Positions 28,601-37,195 of a stretch of DNA of 64,000 nt are shown here, piece after piece. Under the pieces are notes generated by a model. The model was not told the origin of the DNA, ran no database searches, and was given only the letters and a program-made list of their open reading frames with translations. How positions within the stretch are numbered: the stretch's first letter is position 1; every line of letters begins with the position of its first letter. This DNA comes from a virus (Duplodnaviria; Heunggongvirae; Uroviricota; Caudoviricetes): the IMG/VR virus record IMGVR_UViG_3300010162_000009, one strand, 5' to 3'. The position numbers and the translations under genes are program-made.

Positions 28601-28742
28601 CGATTTCCGGAATATCTATATTATCTGGAATGGTATCAACCATTTCTACAAGAACGTCTTGTAGAACGTCACCTTTAATCGCTTTACTGCTATTCTTGTA
28701 TATCTTACCTTTGATATACGTCTTTAGTTGTGTTAGTGTCAT
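25623..28742 (-). CDS. Tail fibre or tail spike protein, 1039 aa. N-terminal module shared with 43235-50005; about ten 18-aa FATAAQGAKADTALQDAS repeats; C-terminal peptidase-S74 intramolecular chaperone autoproteolysis domain.
   Basis: C-terminus ...SDTRLKTVTGEV...IGVIAQDVQKICPELV...LAVDYTKLSV matches the endosialidase/L-shaped-fibre chaperone domain signature. Repeats and shared module read directly from the translation. Confidence 0.75.
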   Translation of the reverse strand: MTLTQLKTYIKGKIYKNSSKAIKGDVLQDVLVEMVDTIPDNIDIPEIDPSQFATAAQGAKADTALQDASAFATAAQGAKADTALQDASAFATAAQGAKADTALQDASAFATKTSFDEFKDRSEGFATSAQGAKADSAPTQTSFNEFKDRSEGFATSAQGAKADTALQNAAEFATTAQGAKADSAVQSATVGGLAVTKTGGVLEFPEYPDELNPSDFATAAQGAKADTALQNAAEFATAAQGAKADTALQNAAAFATAAQGTKADNAASQTDLNNLQTQVNGKWTETTGKSWVETMLSTMGSGFFGFRGIISATPPDNTPQNTMFGNGTLWYVNSQENISNLVADTFWSCYIINNGTWSGTANTTYGIEGVNKPNVEETLGDLWHNRNSDNAFYRFDFEWKEFSANVDLSDVWTAINTQGGKVDTAIQSATVGGNAVTKSGTQLQFSAYAPLTHDHTWANITDRPTSWAYSNLTGVPTTFAPASHALNSHTGLGTSAQYLRGDGSLATFPTSMTPTTHDHLWAQITDKPTTFAPASHAITAHSGLGTATQYLRGDGSLATFPVINAVAAAGPSAAATLTFGGTFSVPGVSQAAGGQVAATSYTMTMPAAPTTITGNAGSATRLGTAGTAATATQLVLGNGNAPGTVGAVQRPIYLNAGVPTQITPGVSSTAYNMIVVDSSDGNGNLRTSTRTVGGLTQPMYLNAGVPTACTAITAVTGGGEAAAKTLTYGGTFTVLQASQAAGGQMTITPRVMTMPAAPTISVTAVSNTGETAARTLTFGASFNVLQVSQATNGQLTATARAMTLPAAPAAPTFTAVAATGPAANATLTYGGTFIVPQVSQATNGQVTATARTLTMPAAPTTVTGNAGSATRLGTSGTAATATQLVLGNGTGQGALGSGIQPIYFATNGVPTACPVTGSSVASSVVFRDGSQRIYAGGGFFQESDTRLKTVTGEVDSNYTIETFKHLKKIYYQLNDDETKTQHIGVIAQDVQKICPELVTTNEEGFLAVDYTKLSVVALSMVDNLVDRIERLEKLIEKIS
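28040..28600 (-). repeat. Intragenic tandem 54-bp (18-aa) repeats, including an exact ~60-bp duplication at 28441-28560.
   Basis: Repeated ctgcttttgcaccttgagcagcagttgcaaacgctgaagcgtcttgtaacgctgtat units. Confidence 0.7.
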
Positions 28743-28774
28743 AAATTTTTGTTTGTTTTATTTATTTTTTATAA

Positions 28775-28782
28775 ATAAATAG
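28775..28782 (-). promoter_or_regulatory. ATAAATAG motif upstream of fibre gene 25623-28742.
   Basis: Exact motif; divergent promoter region. Confidence 0.5.
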
Positions 28783-28799
28783 ATTCATATATTTGAATC

Positions 28800-28807
28800 C
28801 TATTTAT
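28800..28807 (+). promoter_or_regulatory. CTATTTAT motif 17 bp upstream of 28824-29534, preceded by TATATTTG (Bacteroidota -7-like).
   Basis: Exact motif on the plus strand. Confidence 0.45.
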
Positions 28808-28823
28808 TATAAAAAAAAATATT

Positions 28824-29534
28824 ATGGCAATTACAACAAACGGAATAGGTACATTAACTGAACTTGGTAATAAAGGAGTAGGTTGGTTTAATGGTGCGAG
28901 TGGTCATCCCTCTCCAGGAGTCACTTCTTCACAATGTCCAATACAATCAATAATACAAAATAATCTGTATGGTAAGATTATAAATAATACTTATACTAAT
29001 ACTCAAATAGTTCGTTACAACGATGTAATTCCGGATAAATTTCCGGTTACTATATCATGTACAGGTTATGTTACATGTTCTTTAGCAGTTTATTTTTATT
29101 ATGGTCCAACTGGTTTTCTTAATGGAAGCAACTACCCAACTGGTGATTGTGAACAAGTTGGTGGAATTTCTGGTGGTACATACGGTTCATATGATTCAAA
29201 CAGATCTTTATTTAAAACAAACCTTGATCGAGCAAACCTTTATGGAATAGTTGTACAAAACACACATGCGGAAGGATCAAACAGATATTTTGATATAGAT
29301 TTAAAAATACATTCAAGAAGTATTGGAACTTCCGGCACACCTGGTAGTATCAATAATACCATACAAGATTATGTATATAATATACCTGTTCCATATATAA
29401 CTACAATCGGACCATCATCTCAGTGGGGTTATGTTGTTAATAAATTTCAACCGCTTCCGGCTAATATTGAACTTCATTTTACTACTTATGAAGGTGGTGG
29501 TGGAACAGGTTCTGGTGGAAGTGGTCCAACCTAA
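28824..29534 (+). CDS. Hypothetical Gly/Thr-rich protein, 236 aa; possible structural protein.
   Basis: ORF track; promoter motif upstream. Confidence 0.5.
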   Translation: MAITTNGIGTLTELGNKGVGWFNGASGHPSPGVTSSQCPIQSIIQNNLYGKIINNTYTNTQIVRYNDVIPDKFPVTISCTGYVTCSLAVYFYYGPTGFLNGSNYPTGDCEQVGGISGGTYGSYDSNRSLFKTNLDRANLYGIVVQNTHAEGSNRYFDIDLKIHSRSIGTSGTPGSINNTIQDYVYNIPVPYITTIGPSSQWGYVVNKFQPLPANIELHFTTYEGGGGTGSGGSGPT

Positions 29535-29545
29535 AATTAATTGTT

Positions 29546-30622
29546 ATGTTGAGAAGAATTCATATAATAGGATTACCTCATTTACCGGTTTCTGAATATT
29601 ATCAAACTTGTGCTTTTACACAAAAAATTATCAAGTTAATTAAACAATGTAAAATGTATAATCATGAAGTTTATCTTTATGGTATTAGTGCAAGTGACAA
29701 AGTAAAAACATTATGTGATAAATATTTTCAAGTATTACCATACGAAGAATTTTTAAATATAGAATATATAAACAACCTTAGTGGTTTAAATTTTATGAGT
29801 AATGGAAATCATGAATTTAATGAATTATTTGGTACAAGTGCGGGTAAATTAGTTCTTGAAAATAGAAGAACATTAGAAGATGTTGTATGTATTACACATG
29901 GTAGAATACAAAAATCTGTGACTGATGTAACTAAAAAACAAGTAATAGAAATAGAATCTGGTATCGGTTATATTGGAACGTATCTAAATAATAGGGTTTA
30001 TGAATCGTATATATGGATGCACACCATAGATTATACCGGGACTTCAAATGGGAACTCTTTATGGACTGTTATACCAAATTGCGTGGATACAGATGAAGAG
30101 TGGCAATACTCTGAAAACAAAGACAACTATCTTATTTTTATTGGTAGATTAATTCGCAACAAAGGTGTAAAACAAGCAATAGATGCTGCTACAAAACTAA
30201 AAACAAAAATAGTAATAATCGGTCAGGGTAATATTAATGAATTTGTTGATAAAGAAAATATTAAATATGTTGAATATTTAGGTGTTAAACAAGATATAAA
30301 AGAAAAATCAAGTTTGATTTCAAAAGCAAAATGCATGTTAGTCCCCACTCAATATATTGAACCATTTGGGACAGTTCATGTAGAATCATTATATTGTGGT
30401 ACACCTATTATTACATCAGATTATGGTGTTTTTGTCGAAACAAACATACATGGTGTTACTGGATATAGATACAGATTGTTTGATCAATTGCTTGAATGTA
30501 TAAATAATGTTGATGAAATTTCTCCTGTTGTTTGTAGAAAATATGCAGAAGATAATTTTACACTGTCTGTAACCGCAAAACAATATGATGAATATTTTAA
30601 AACTTTACGGATTTGTACTTAA
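29546..30622 (+). CDS. Glycosyltransferase, GT4 (GT-B) family.
   Basis: C-terminal E-x7-E-type motif IEPFGTVHVESLYCGTPIITSD and the preceding GRLIRNKG nucleotide-sugar-binding region. Confidence 0.65.
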   Translation: MLRRIHIIGLPHLPVSEYYQTCAFTQKIIKLIKQCKMYNHEVYLYGISASDKVKTLCDKYFQVLPYEEFLNIEYINNLSGLNFMSNGNHEFNELFGTSAGKLVLENRRTLEDVVCITHGRIQKSVTDVTKKQVIEIESGIGYIGTYLNNRVYESYIWMHTIDYTGTSNGNSLWTVIPNCVDTDEEWQYSENKDNYLIFIGRLIRNKGVKQAIDAATKLKTKIVIIGQGNINEFVDKENIKYVEYLGVKQDIKEKSSLISKAKCMLVPTQYIEPFGTVHVESLYCGTPIITSDYGVFVETNIHGVTGYRYRLFDQLLECINNVDEISPVVCRKYAEDNFTLSVTAKQYDEYFKTLRICT

Positions 30623-30826
30623 GTGAACTTTTTATAGTTTTATTCTCAAAAATTTATTTATAATAGAATTTGCAGCATCAGGTGATTTTATAGGATATCC
30701 AAATCCCAGTGTAGAATATCCTTTAAAATATTCTAATGGTTTATAATCTAATTCAGATGGTCTTTTTCCTGTTCTTTCAAATAATAGTTTATCTAATGTA
30801 TCATTCATATTATAATTGTCCTTTTA

Positions 30827-30980
30827 AAAAATGTCGTTGTTGGTACATCATATTACAATAGTCTTCAAAACACTTCGCAACAATCTTCTTAATCACCCTT
30901 TCAAAGTCGCGGTTTTCCAATTTCTTTTTGAACCACTTCTCAACATCGTCTTCATCCATGTAATCTTCACCTTTTGCCAT
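30827..30980 (-). CDS. Small hypothetical protein (~51 aa, MAKGEDYMDEDDVEKWFKKK...).
   Basis: Manual ORF; ATAAATAG 17 bp upstream. Confidence 0.3.
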
Positions 30981-30996
30981 CACATTTTTATTTAAT

Positions 30997-31004
30997 ATAA
31001 ATAG
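30997..31004 (-). promoter_or_regulatory. ATAAATAG motif upstream of small ORF 30827-30980.
   Basis: Exact motif. Confidence 0.4.
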
Positions 31005-31065
31005 AATGTTTTGAAATATGATATAATATATGTATCTTTTAATTGAAATAATAATTTAAAATAAT

Positions 31066-31404
31066 ATGAAAAGGGTAGTAAGATTAGGATCATTTGAAAC
31101 AAATTCCAGTTCAACACATTCTCTTAGTATTGTAACTAAGGAAGAATATGCTGCTTGGGAAAATGGGGAACTTTTTTTCAGTAACGACGAAGAGCGTTTA
31201 ATAACAGAAAGTGAAGTCAAAGAACTCTATGAAAAAGAGTTAAAAGAAGAACCAGACACAGACTTTGAAGAGTTTAGAGAAGATAATTTTCAAACATATG
31301 ATGAGTACTGGGACGAAGAGTATCTAGAAATATTCACACAAGAACACAAAACTAAAAGTGGTGACGAAATAGTTGTGTTCGGAAAATATGGTCAAGACGG
31401 TTAG
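31066..31404 (+). CDS. FETNSSS-H family protein (paralog 3), 112 aa.
   Basis: N-terminal RLGSFETNSSSTHSL. Confidence 0.5.
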   Translation: MKRVVRLGSFETNSSSTHSLSIVTKEEYAAWENGELFFSNDEERLITESEVKELYEKELKEEPDTDFEEFREDNFQTYDEYWDEEYLEIFTQEHKTKSGDEIVVFGKYGQDG

Positions 31405-31419
31405 GTTAGGTTGAAAAAA

Positions 31420-31456
31420 AAATGGGGTGTCTAATTTTTTAGACAACCCCATTTTA
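31420..31456. terminator. Bidirectional rho-independent terminator (ggggtgtcta/tagacaacccc) between convergent genes.
   Basis: Hairpin with flanking A and T runs. Confidence 0.55.
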
Positions 31457-31595
31457 TCATTATGAAAATTTTTAATTCAATGAAGAAAGTCAGTAAAAAT
31501 CCCCCATTGTGGTTTAATATCCTCTACGCACTCGGTCTATTGTTTTTTACAATTTGTGTTATGGCGTGGTTTACTTTTAGGTATTTACCAACACT

Positions 31596-32087
31596 TTAGT
31601 AGGCTAAGACGCAGTAGTCTGGTCTAATATTAAATGTTACTGTTGATATTTCATTAGACTTATAATCTAAACTACCAAAATCAACATCACCGTCTATCAT
31701 ACAATTAACCAATATCCATTTTTGAACAACAACTCCTGTTGGATCAAGCATTTCCAATTCACAATTACGTTTATAACCAGCAGCGTATCCTTGTCTACCA
31801 GTAACGCTTTCACTATGCAGACGAACCCATTCCATTACAGCTTGACTCGTTGAAGGTCCGATTGTTTCTCTCAATTCAACTTTAATTTGTTCCCATCTAT
31901 ATCTACCAACAACCCAAGTAGAGGTATTTAAAAATTCTATTTCTTGCACCGCCATATTAATTTTTGGTCTGCTAGCAGTTTTTACCCACCATTCTTGTAT
32001 TCCTAAATCCGATGGAAATCTTAGTAAGAAACGATTTTGTCTCAAAGGTTCGTAAACCAGCGGCATTTTTATCAATAAATCACTCAT
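31596..32087 (-). CDS. Tail tube protein, T4 gp19-like.
   Basis: 163 aa, the size of gp19. Segments NRFLLRF and IDGDVDFGSLDYKSNEISTVTFNIRPDYCV parallel the gp19 N- and C-terminal conserved blocks as I recall them. Confidence 0.5.
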   Translation of the reverse strand: MSDLLIKMPLVYEPLRQNRFLLRFPSDLGIQEWWVKTASRPKINMAVQEIEFLNTSTWVVGRYRWEQIKVELRETIGPSTSQAVMEWVRLHSESVTGRQGYAAGYKRNCELEMLDPTGVVVQKWILVNCMIDGDVDFGSLDYKSNEISTVTFNIRPDYCVLAY

Positions 32088-32129
32088 ATTGCAATATAAT
32101 ATTTAATATTATTCTTTTTTCTTTTGTTA

Positions 32130-32137
32130 ATAAATAG
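32130..32137 (-). promoter_or_regulatory. ATAAATAG motif upstream of 31596-32087.
   Basis: Exact motif, 43 bp upstream. Confidence 0.4.
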
Positions 32138-32188
32138 TATCTTTTTAAAAAATTCATAATTTTGTAGATCGAAATTTTATTTTTATAT

Positions 32189-32842
32189 ATGAATGGGTTG
32201 ATAACATATAATAATCAGTCGGCAACAATTGCTCTACCCCATAATAAATATGTGGATAGGGTTTTGGGTAGTAATTCTTTTGAAGAGTTATGGTGGAGAT
32301 TTAAGGGTGCTGATAGTCCGAGTAAAGAAATAAGTGAAAGTTATGCAGCATTTTCAAATTTAAAAAAACAATGTATTATCAAAGATTATTCATGGTTACA
32401 TATAGGTGATGGTGCATATACAAGAACAGCAGCAATATTTACTTTTTTCAGTAAAACAAAAAATTATTCTGTCGACCCACTAATTAACGAAGAGAGATTT
32501 CACCTGTGGAGAGAAAAATATGATGTTCAAAATATACATATATCAAAAACTAAATTTGAAAATTTTGAACATGATTTTAAATCACCTTACGGAATAACAT
32601 GTGTACACGCTCATGTAGATTTAGAAGATGTGGATAAAAAATTTCCGGATTGGGCGTTTTTATACACAAATGCCTGTTGTTTTCCTACCAAACAAATGTT
32701 TAGTCAAAAATATATGTTGGAAAATAAAATCATCAAAATGATAGATAAATATGATTTGGGAATAACAGGACACGAAAGGCGAATAGTAGTGTACAAAAAC
32801 ACGCGGTTTCGTGATAAAAATGGAAATATCATTTATTTATAA
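32189..32842 (+). CDS. Hypothetical protein, 217 aa.
   Basis: ORF track. Confidence 0.5.
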   Translation: MNGLITYNNQSATIALPHNKYVDRVLGSNSFEELWWRFKGADSPSKEISESYAAFSNLKKQCIIKDYSWLHIGDGAYTRTAAIFTFFSKTKNYSVDPLINEERFHLWREKYDVQNIHISKTKFENFEHDFKSPYGITCVHAHVDLEDVDKKFPDWAFLYTNACCFPTKQMFSQKYMLENKIIKMIDKYDLGITGHERRIVVYKNTRFRDKNGNIIYL

Positions 32843-32999
32843 TATAAAACCAATTTAAACTTATGTATTCTAAAAGTTTTGATCAAATGTTTCAAGAATT
32901 ACTTGCAAGTGCGGGTGCTGTTCTTATTGTTGTCGCTGTGTTGTTTGTAGGATTAGTTGTATACAAACTAATCAAAAGTAGAAAGAAATGGTAAAATCT

Positions 33000-33392
33000 T
33001 TACTCGTTTTTAATACCTTTTGTTTTTTTCCACTTATTAACAGTATCGTCTAAAGCCACGTTAGGTTTTTTTGCAATTCCAATATAATCAGAATATAATT
33101 TTAATATATTTTCACTATCATTAGGATTATGTCTTATTGCTTCTTTTATTTCCATTTGTAATAATATTCGATAGTTTTCAACTATATTATGATTTAGGTT
33201 ATTAATAACTTCTATTTGTAAAGTTGTTTCTTCTCCGAGTTTTTCCAATAATGTTATCTGTGATTTGAATATTGGATCAAAAACTTCATTTAAAGTTTTT
33301 TTGGGGCGTTTGAACATAACAATAAGAAACCCTACCGATACTATTAGTAATAGGAGAAACCAAAGTGTTGTTACTGACTCATGCGTTATCAT
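33000..33392 (-). CDS. Single-pass membrane protein (paralog of 33379-33894).
   Basis: Start trimmed to the internal Met before the TM segment. Shared NI.KLYSDY and WKK motifs with its neighbour. Confidence 0.45.
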   Translation of the reverse strand: MITHESVTTLWFLLLLIVSVGFLIVMFKRPKKTLNEVFDPIFKSQITLLEKLGEETTLQIEVINNLNHNIVENYRILLQMEIKEAIRHNPNDSENILKLYSDYIGIAKKPNVALDDTVNKWKKTKGIKNE

Positions 33393-33894
33393 TGTTATTG
33401 GTTTTTTTCTTGTTTTTACTTGTGTGTTCAGCAACCTTATGTTCAACAACTTTATCAACAGAAGGATATTTTCCTGCTTCCCAATCTTTCATCAATTTAT
33501 CCACATAGGAATTACCCCCCATTTCTTTATAGGTCTGATATAACTTATAAATATTTGGTTCGTTTTCGGATCTGTGATCCATAGCAGATATAATTTCTAA
33601 TCGCAACAGAGTTCGGTTTATGTTTTTAAACTCATCATTTATCTTACCAAATGAATTTATACTTTTAGTATTAATATCATTAAGTTGTTCTAGAATCTTA
33701 TTATTGATTTCGAGTGTTTTGTACAAAGACGAATTTTTACTAAGATCATCAACATTTATCAATGATGCCATATTTGTGGCAATATTTGTTCTTATTTTCC
33801 TAAATAGTGCTGCCAGCCCACCTATTACAACAATCGCCGAAGATAAAATAGCAAAAATATCCGTTATACTCAAATTCAAATCTTGCATTTCCAT
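33379..33894 (-). CDS. Single-pass membrane protein, 171 aa; ATAAATAG 12 bp upstream.
   Basis: N-terminal TM segment; paralogous to 33000-33392. Confidence 0.5.
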   Translation of the reverse strand: MEMQDLNLSITDIFAILSSAIVVIGGLAALFRKIRTNIATNMASLINVDDLSKNSSLYKTLEINNKILEQLNDINTKSINSFGKINDEFKNINRTLLRLEIISAMDHRSENEPNIYKLYQTYKEMGGNSYVDKLMKDWEAGKYPSVDKVVEHKVAEHTSKNKKKTNNNDNA

Positions 33895-33905
33895 TCTCTT
33901 TCTAA

Positions 33906-33913
33906 ATAAATAG
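33906..33913 (-). promoter_or_regulatory. ATAAATAG motif upstream of 33379-33894.
   Basis: Exact motif. Confidence 0.45.
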
Positions 33914-33971
33914 GGGGGTTTAAAATTTTTGTTTATTTAGTATTGTTCTAATTTTGTAGTAGATATAAATA

Positions 33972-34614
33972 TTAAGATTCAACCAGAACCCTATTCTGAA
34001 TGTTATTTTTCAGTTCTTGTAATGACATTGGGCGATATTCGTTTCGCTCAACACAAACATTATAATGGTTATTTGTATATTCAAATGGTTTTTCATGGGT
34101 ATGACCAAAAAAATGTTTCATACCATGATACTGTCCTGAATAATGTACTTGTGGATAATGGTCAAGCAGATAACGTTCATCATTGTAACGAAGTTCCAAT
34201 CTTTCCCTTATCAGAAACAATTTATCCATTCTTGTAACCTCTAACCTATCACCGGAATGTCGTTCAATTAGTTTGTATTGTTCGGATAACTTTTGTAATG
34301 TTTTTGGGTGATCATGATTTCCTTTTATGAGAACTTGATAACCATTAAGTTTTCCTATCAGTTTTGACCAAATAACAGGACTCTCTGACCAACAAAAATC
34401 ACCAAGATTGAATACAATATCATCTTCTTTGACAACCCTATTCCAATTATCAACCAATGTCTTTGTCATATCATCAATATCAGAGAATGGTCGGTTGCAT
34501 AACTTTATAATGTTAGTGTGGAACATGTGAAGGTCGGATACAAACCATATATCCTCAGGATCACCTTCTATTTCCAAATAACCGTATTTGAATAATTTTT
34601 TGATATATACCATA
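33972..34614 (-). CDS. Calcineurin-like metallophosphatase.
   Basis: Motifs VSDLHMFH, LGDF, GNHDHP and GHTH. Start trimmed to MVYIKK. Confidence 0.7.
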
Positions 34615-34668
34615 ATATTATGTATTATTAGATTCAAATGTATAGTAAAAATTTTAAAAAATAAAGTT

Positions 34669-35184
34669 ATGTTGAGCATTATAGTCGCAATGGATGTGAA
34701 TAACGGTATAGGTGCGAACAACCAACTGTTATGTCATTTACCGAATGACCTAAAAAATTTCAAGGAATTAACGACTGGTAATACAGTTATCATGGGTAGG
34801 AAAACATATGAATCCTTACCCGAAAAATTCCGACCACTACCTAATAGGGAAAATGTTGTTATATCTCAAACATTAACCGAAATACCGGGTTGCACAGTTT
34901 TATCTTCTATAAAAGATGTTATAATGTATATAGCACCTCCAGGTAGAACAAAATTAACAAGTGATAAACAATATTTCGTAATAGGTGGTGGAACAATATA
35001 TGATGAATTGTTACCACTAACACAAAAATTATATATTACGAGAATTTATCACATGTTTGAAGAAGCGGATACATTTTTTCCGGAAATCAATCCTGACGAA
35101 TGGGAATTACAATCATCAGCAAGACATAAAAAAGATGAAAAACACGCATACGAATATTCCTTTGAAACGTATATCAGACTCTAA
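34669..35184 (+). CDS. folA: Dihydrofolate reductase.
   Basis: MLSIIVAMDVNNGIG..LPW-like region, IMGRKTYESLP and VIGGGTIY motifs. Start trimmed to the ATG at 34669. Confidence 0.85.
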   Translation: MLSIIVAMDVNNGIGANNQLLCHLPNDLKNFKELTTGNTVIMGRKTYESLPEKFRPLPNRENVVISQTLTEIPGCTVLSSIKDVIMYIAPPGRTKLTSDKQYFVIGGGTIYDELLPLTQKLYITRIYHMFEEADTFFPEINPDEWELQSSARHKKDEKHAYEYSFETYIRL

Positions 35185-35290
35185 CGAGAAGTTACCACTC
35201 GTTATTCTTTCAATTTATGCAATTGGTTATGTTTTGTGGATTTCTTTGTTGTGTGTATATTTAGGGTAGAAAAATTTTAAAAATAATATC

Positions 35291-35971
35291 ATGGATTTTA
35301 CAGAAGTTGATTTAACCAAAGACATAATTGAAACATATGACGAATACGTCAAATTGTTGGAAAAAGGAATTGATGACCTTATTGGGTTAGCAGTAGCACA
35401 CGGTTATACCGGAAATGAAACCGATTATCACGAAGGTATCCGATTAAGAGCAAAAATTCAAGAACTAAAAAACGCTATTGAAAAAGAAGATGAAATAACA
35501 GGTAATGGTTTAGTACAAAATTATTTGGATTCTATGGAACTATCATCTTTTAAGCGTCATGTCATAGAACTGTTGGATGATAGTTATATAGAAGTATTAT
35601 CATATTTTTCATACCCTTCTTGTGTTAGGCGTGTTATATTATCAACCAATGTTAATTATAAAACACCAGAACATGATTGGTTAACAGCATTTGCAGAAAA
35701 AATGTTTTATGAGGTGTTACCAAGATATAATATTTTCATTGATAATAAAATTGCAATAAAAATCAAACCAAGAAATCCGAATATCAAAGAATCGGAAGAT
35801 AATTGTTCAATGTGGTTTGGTAGTAAGGATGGGCAATATTATATTGGATTAAATGCTGAGAATATGGATGGTTTCCCTATTAGAATAGCAAATCTAAAAA
35901 AAAGGAAAGAATTGTTTGAAGTAGATGTTGAAAATATTGAAAATGAGGGGGATTATGACAACCTCCAGTAA
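35291..35971 (+). CDS. Hypothetical protein, 226 aa.
   Basis: ORF track. Confidence 0.5.
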   Translation: MDFTEVDLTKDIIETYDEYVKLLEKGIDDLIGLAVAHGYTGNETDYHEGIRLRAKIQELKNAIEKEDEITGNGLVQNYLDSMELSSFKRHVIELLDDSYIEVLSYFSYPSCVRRVILSTNVNYKTPEHDWLTAFAEKMFYEVLPRYNIFIDNKIAIKIKPRNPNIKESEDNCSMWFGSKDGQYYIGLNAENMDGFPIRIANLKKRKELFEVDVENIENEGDYDNLQ

Positions 35972-35976
35972 ATAAT

Positions 35977-36996
35977 ATGTCTAAAAAAAAATTACTTTGT
36001 TTAACATGTGACACTGTGTTCACACAACATCCACCAAAACCCTGTAAAAATTGTGGTGGAAAGGTTGTTTTGTGGGAACCAACCCCAATTAAAATAATAC
36101 CAAAAATAGAGGAATATAATAAAAAATTGATAAGTGAACAATATGAAAAATTGATTACAGAAGTACAGTCTATATCCTCACATGTTGAAATAGTATCAAA
36201 TCATATTTTTAATCTTATTAAAGAAAATCCTAATTTAACAAAAATTGAAAATGTAGATTTTATTGGTTCAGCTGATATAGAACTTAAAGCAGTTGATTTT
36301 AGTAATAATATTCAATTTAAAGGTTTTTCTGGTAATTCTGATTACACAAATAATAAAGAAAAAGTATACATTTATAACAATCAAATATATGGTATAGAAT
36401 TTTATATAGAATATGCAACTGAAAATGGTGAAATTGTTGATAATAATATATTAGATATGATATATCATGAGATACAACATGCTTATCAAGATTACTGTAA
36501 GTTGTTGGGTGGAGTAGATATTTATGAATTACCAAAAAACAAATTGTATAATTTTGCTCTTGAATATTACGGTTCTAAAAATTATTATTTACATAATTTT
36601 TCTAATATATTATATATGGCAAATGATGGGGAACAAGACTCTTTCATAAATCAACTATATTCTTCGTTGAAATATAATGAACATATAAATAAATTTAACA
36701 TATATAGTTATTATCACACAAATGAAGCATATCTTAGATTACAAAATTTATTGAAATTAAAAGAAGAAATACCACAGTGGAATGAAAATAGTGAATTATT
36801 TTTTTATATGGAAACCGCTTTAATGCAATATGGTATAAAATTCACCAAAAGTGAAATTATTAAATTACTTAAAAATACCATCGTAAGATATAGTAGAAAA
36901 CTAAAAAAGATGTTTGCAAAAATCATGATGGAAAAAAATATAACTGAACATATTTCAATTAGTAGAAGAAATCCAAAATTTGTTAAAAATGAGTAA
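35977..36996 (+). CDS. Hypothetical protein with an N-terminal zinc ribbon, 339 aa.
   Basis: CLTCDT...CKNCGG. Confidence 0.5.
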   Translation: MSKKKLLCLTCDTVFTQHPPKPCKNCGGKVVLWEPTPIKIIPKIEEYNKKLISEQYEKLITEVQSISSHVEIVSNHIFNLIKENPNLTKIENVDFIGSADIELKAVDFSNNIQFKGFSGNSDYTNNKEKVYIYNNQIYGIEFYIEYATENGEIVDNNILDMIYHEIQHAYQDYCKLLGGVDIYELPKNKLYNFALEYYGSKNYYLHNFSNILYMANDGEQDSFINQLYSSLKYNEHINKFNIYSYYHTNEAYLRLQNLLKLKEEIPQWNENSELFFYMETALMQYGIKFTKSEIIKLLKNTIVRYSRKLKKMFAKIMMEKNITEHISISRRNPKFVKNE

Positions 36997-37195
36997 AATA
37001 ATTAAAGACGGAAAACTCCCGAAAGAATATAAAAATGTTATTACCGTAACATGTAATAGGTGTGAGACTGTTTTTGAAGAAGAACAATCTAATTGTGAAT
37101 ATATTACAAAAATACAGGTTATGTGTACGTGTCCACATTGTCACTATAAAATTTTAGCGGAACAGAATTTTAAAAGTGTACCTTATTATGAGTGA
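36980..37195 (+). CDS. Small zinc-ribbon protein, 71 aa.
   Basis: CNRCE...CTCPHCH. Confidence 0.4.
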   Translation: MLKMSKIIKDGKLPKEYKNVITVTCNRCETVFEEEQSNCEYITKIQVMCTCPHCHYKILAEQNFKSVPYYE

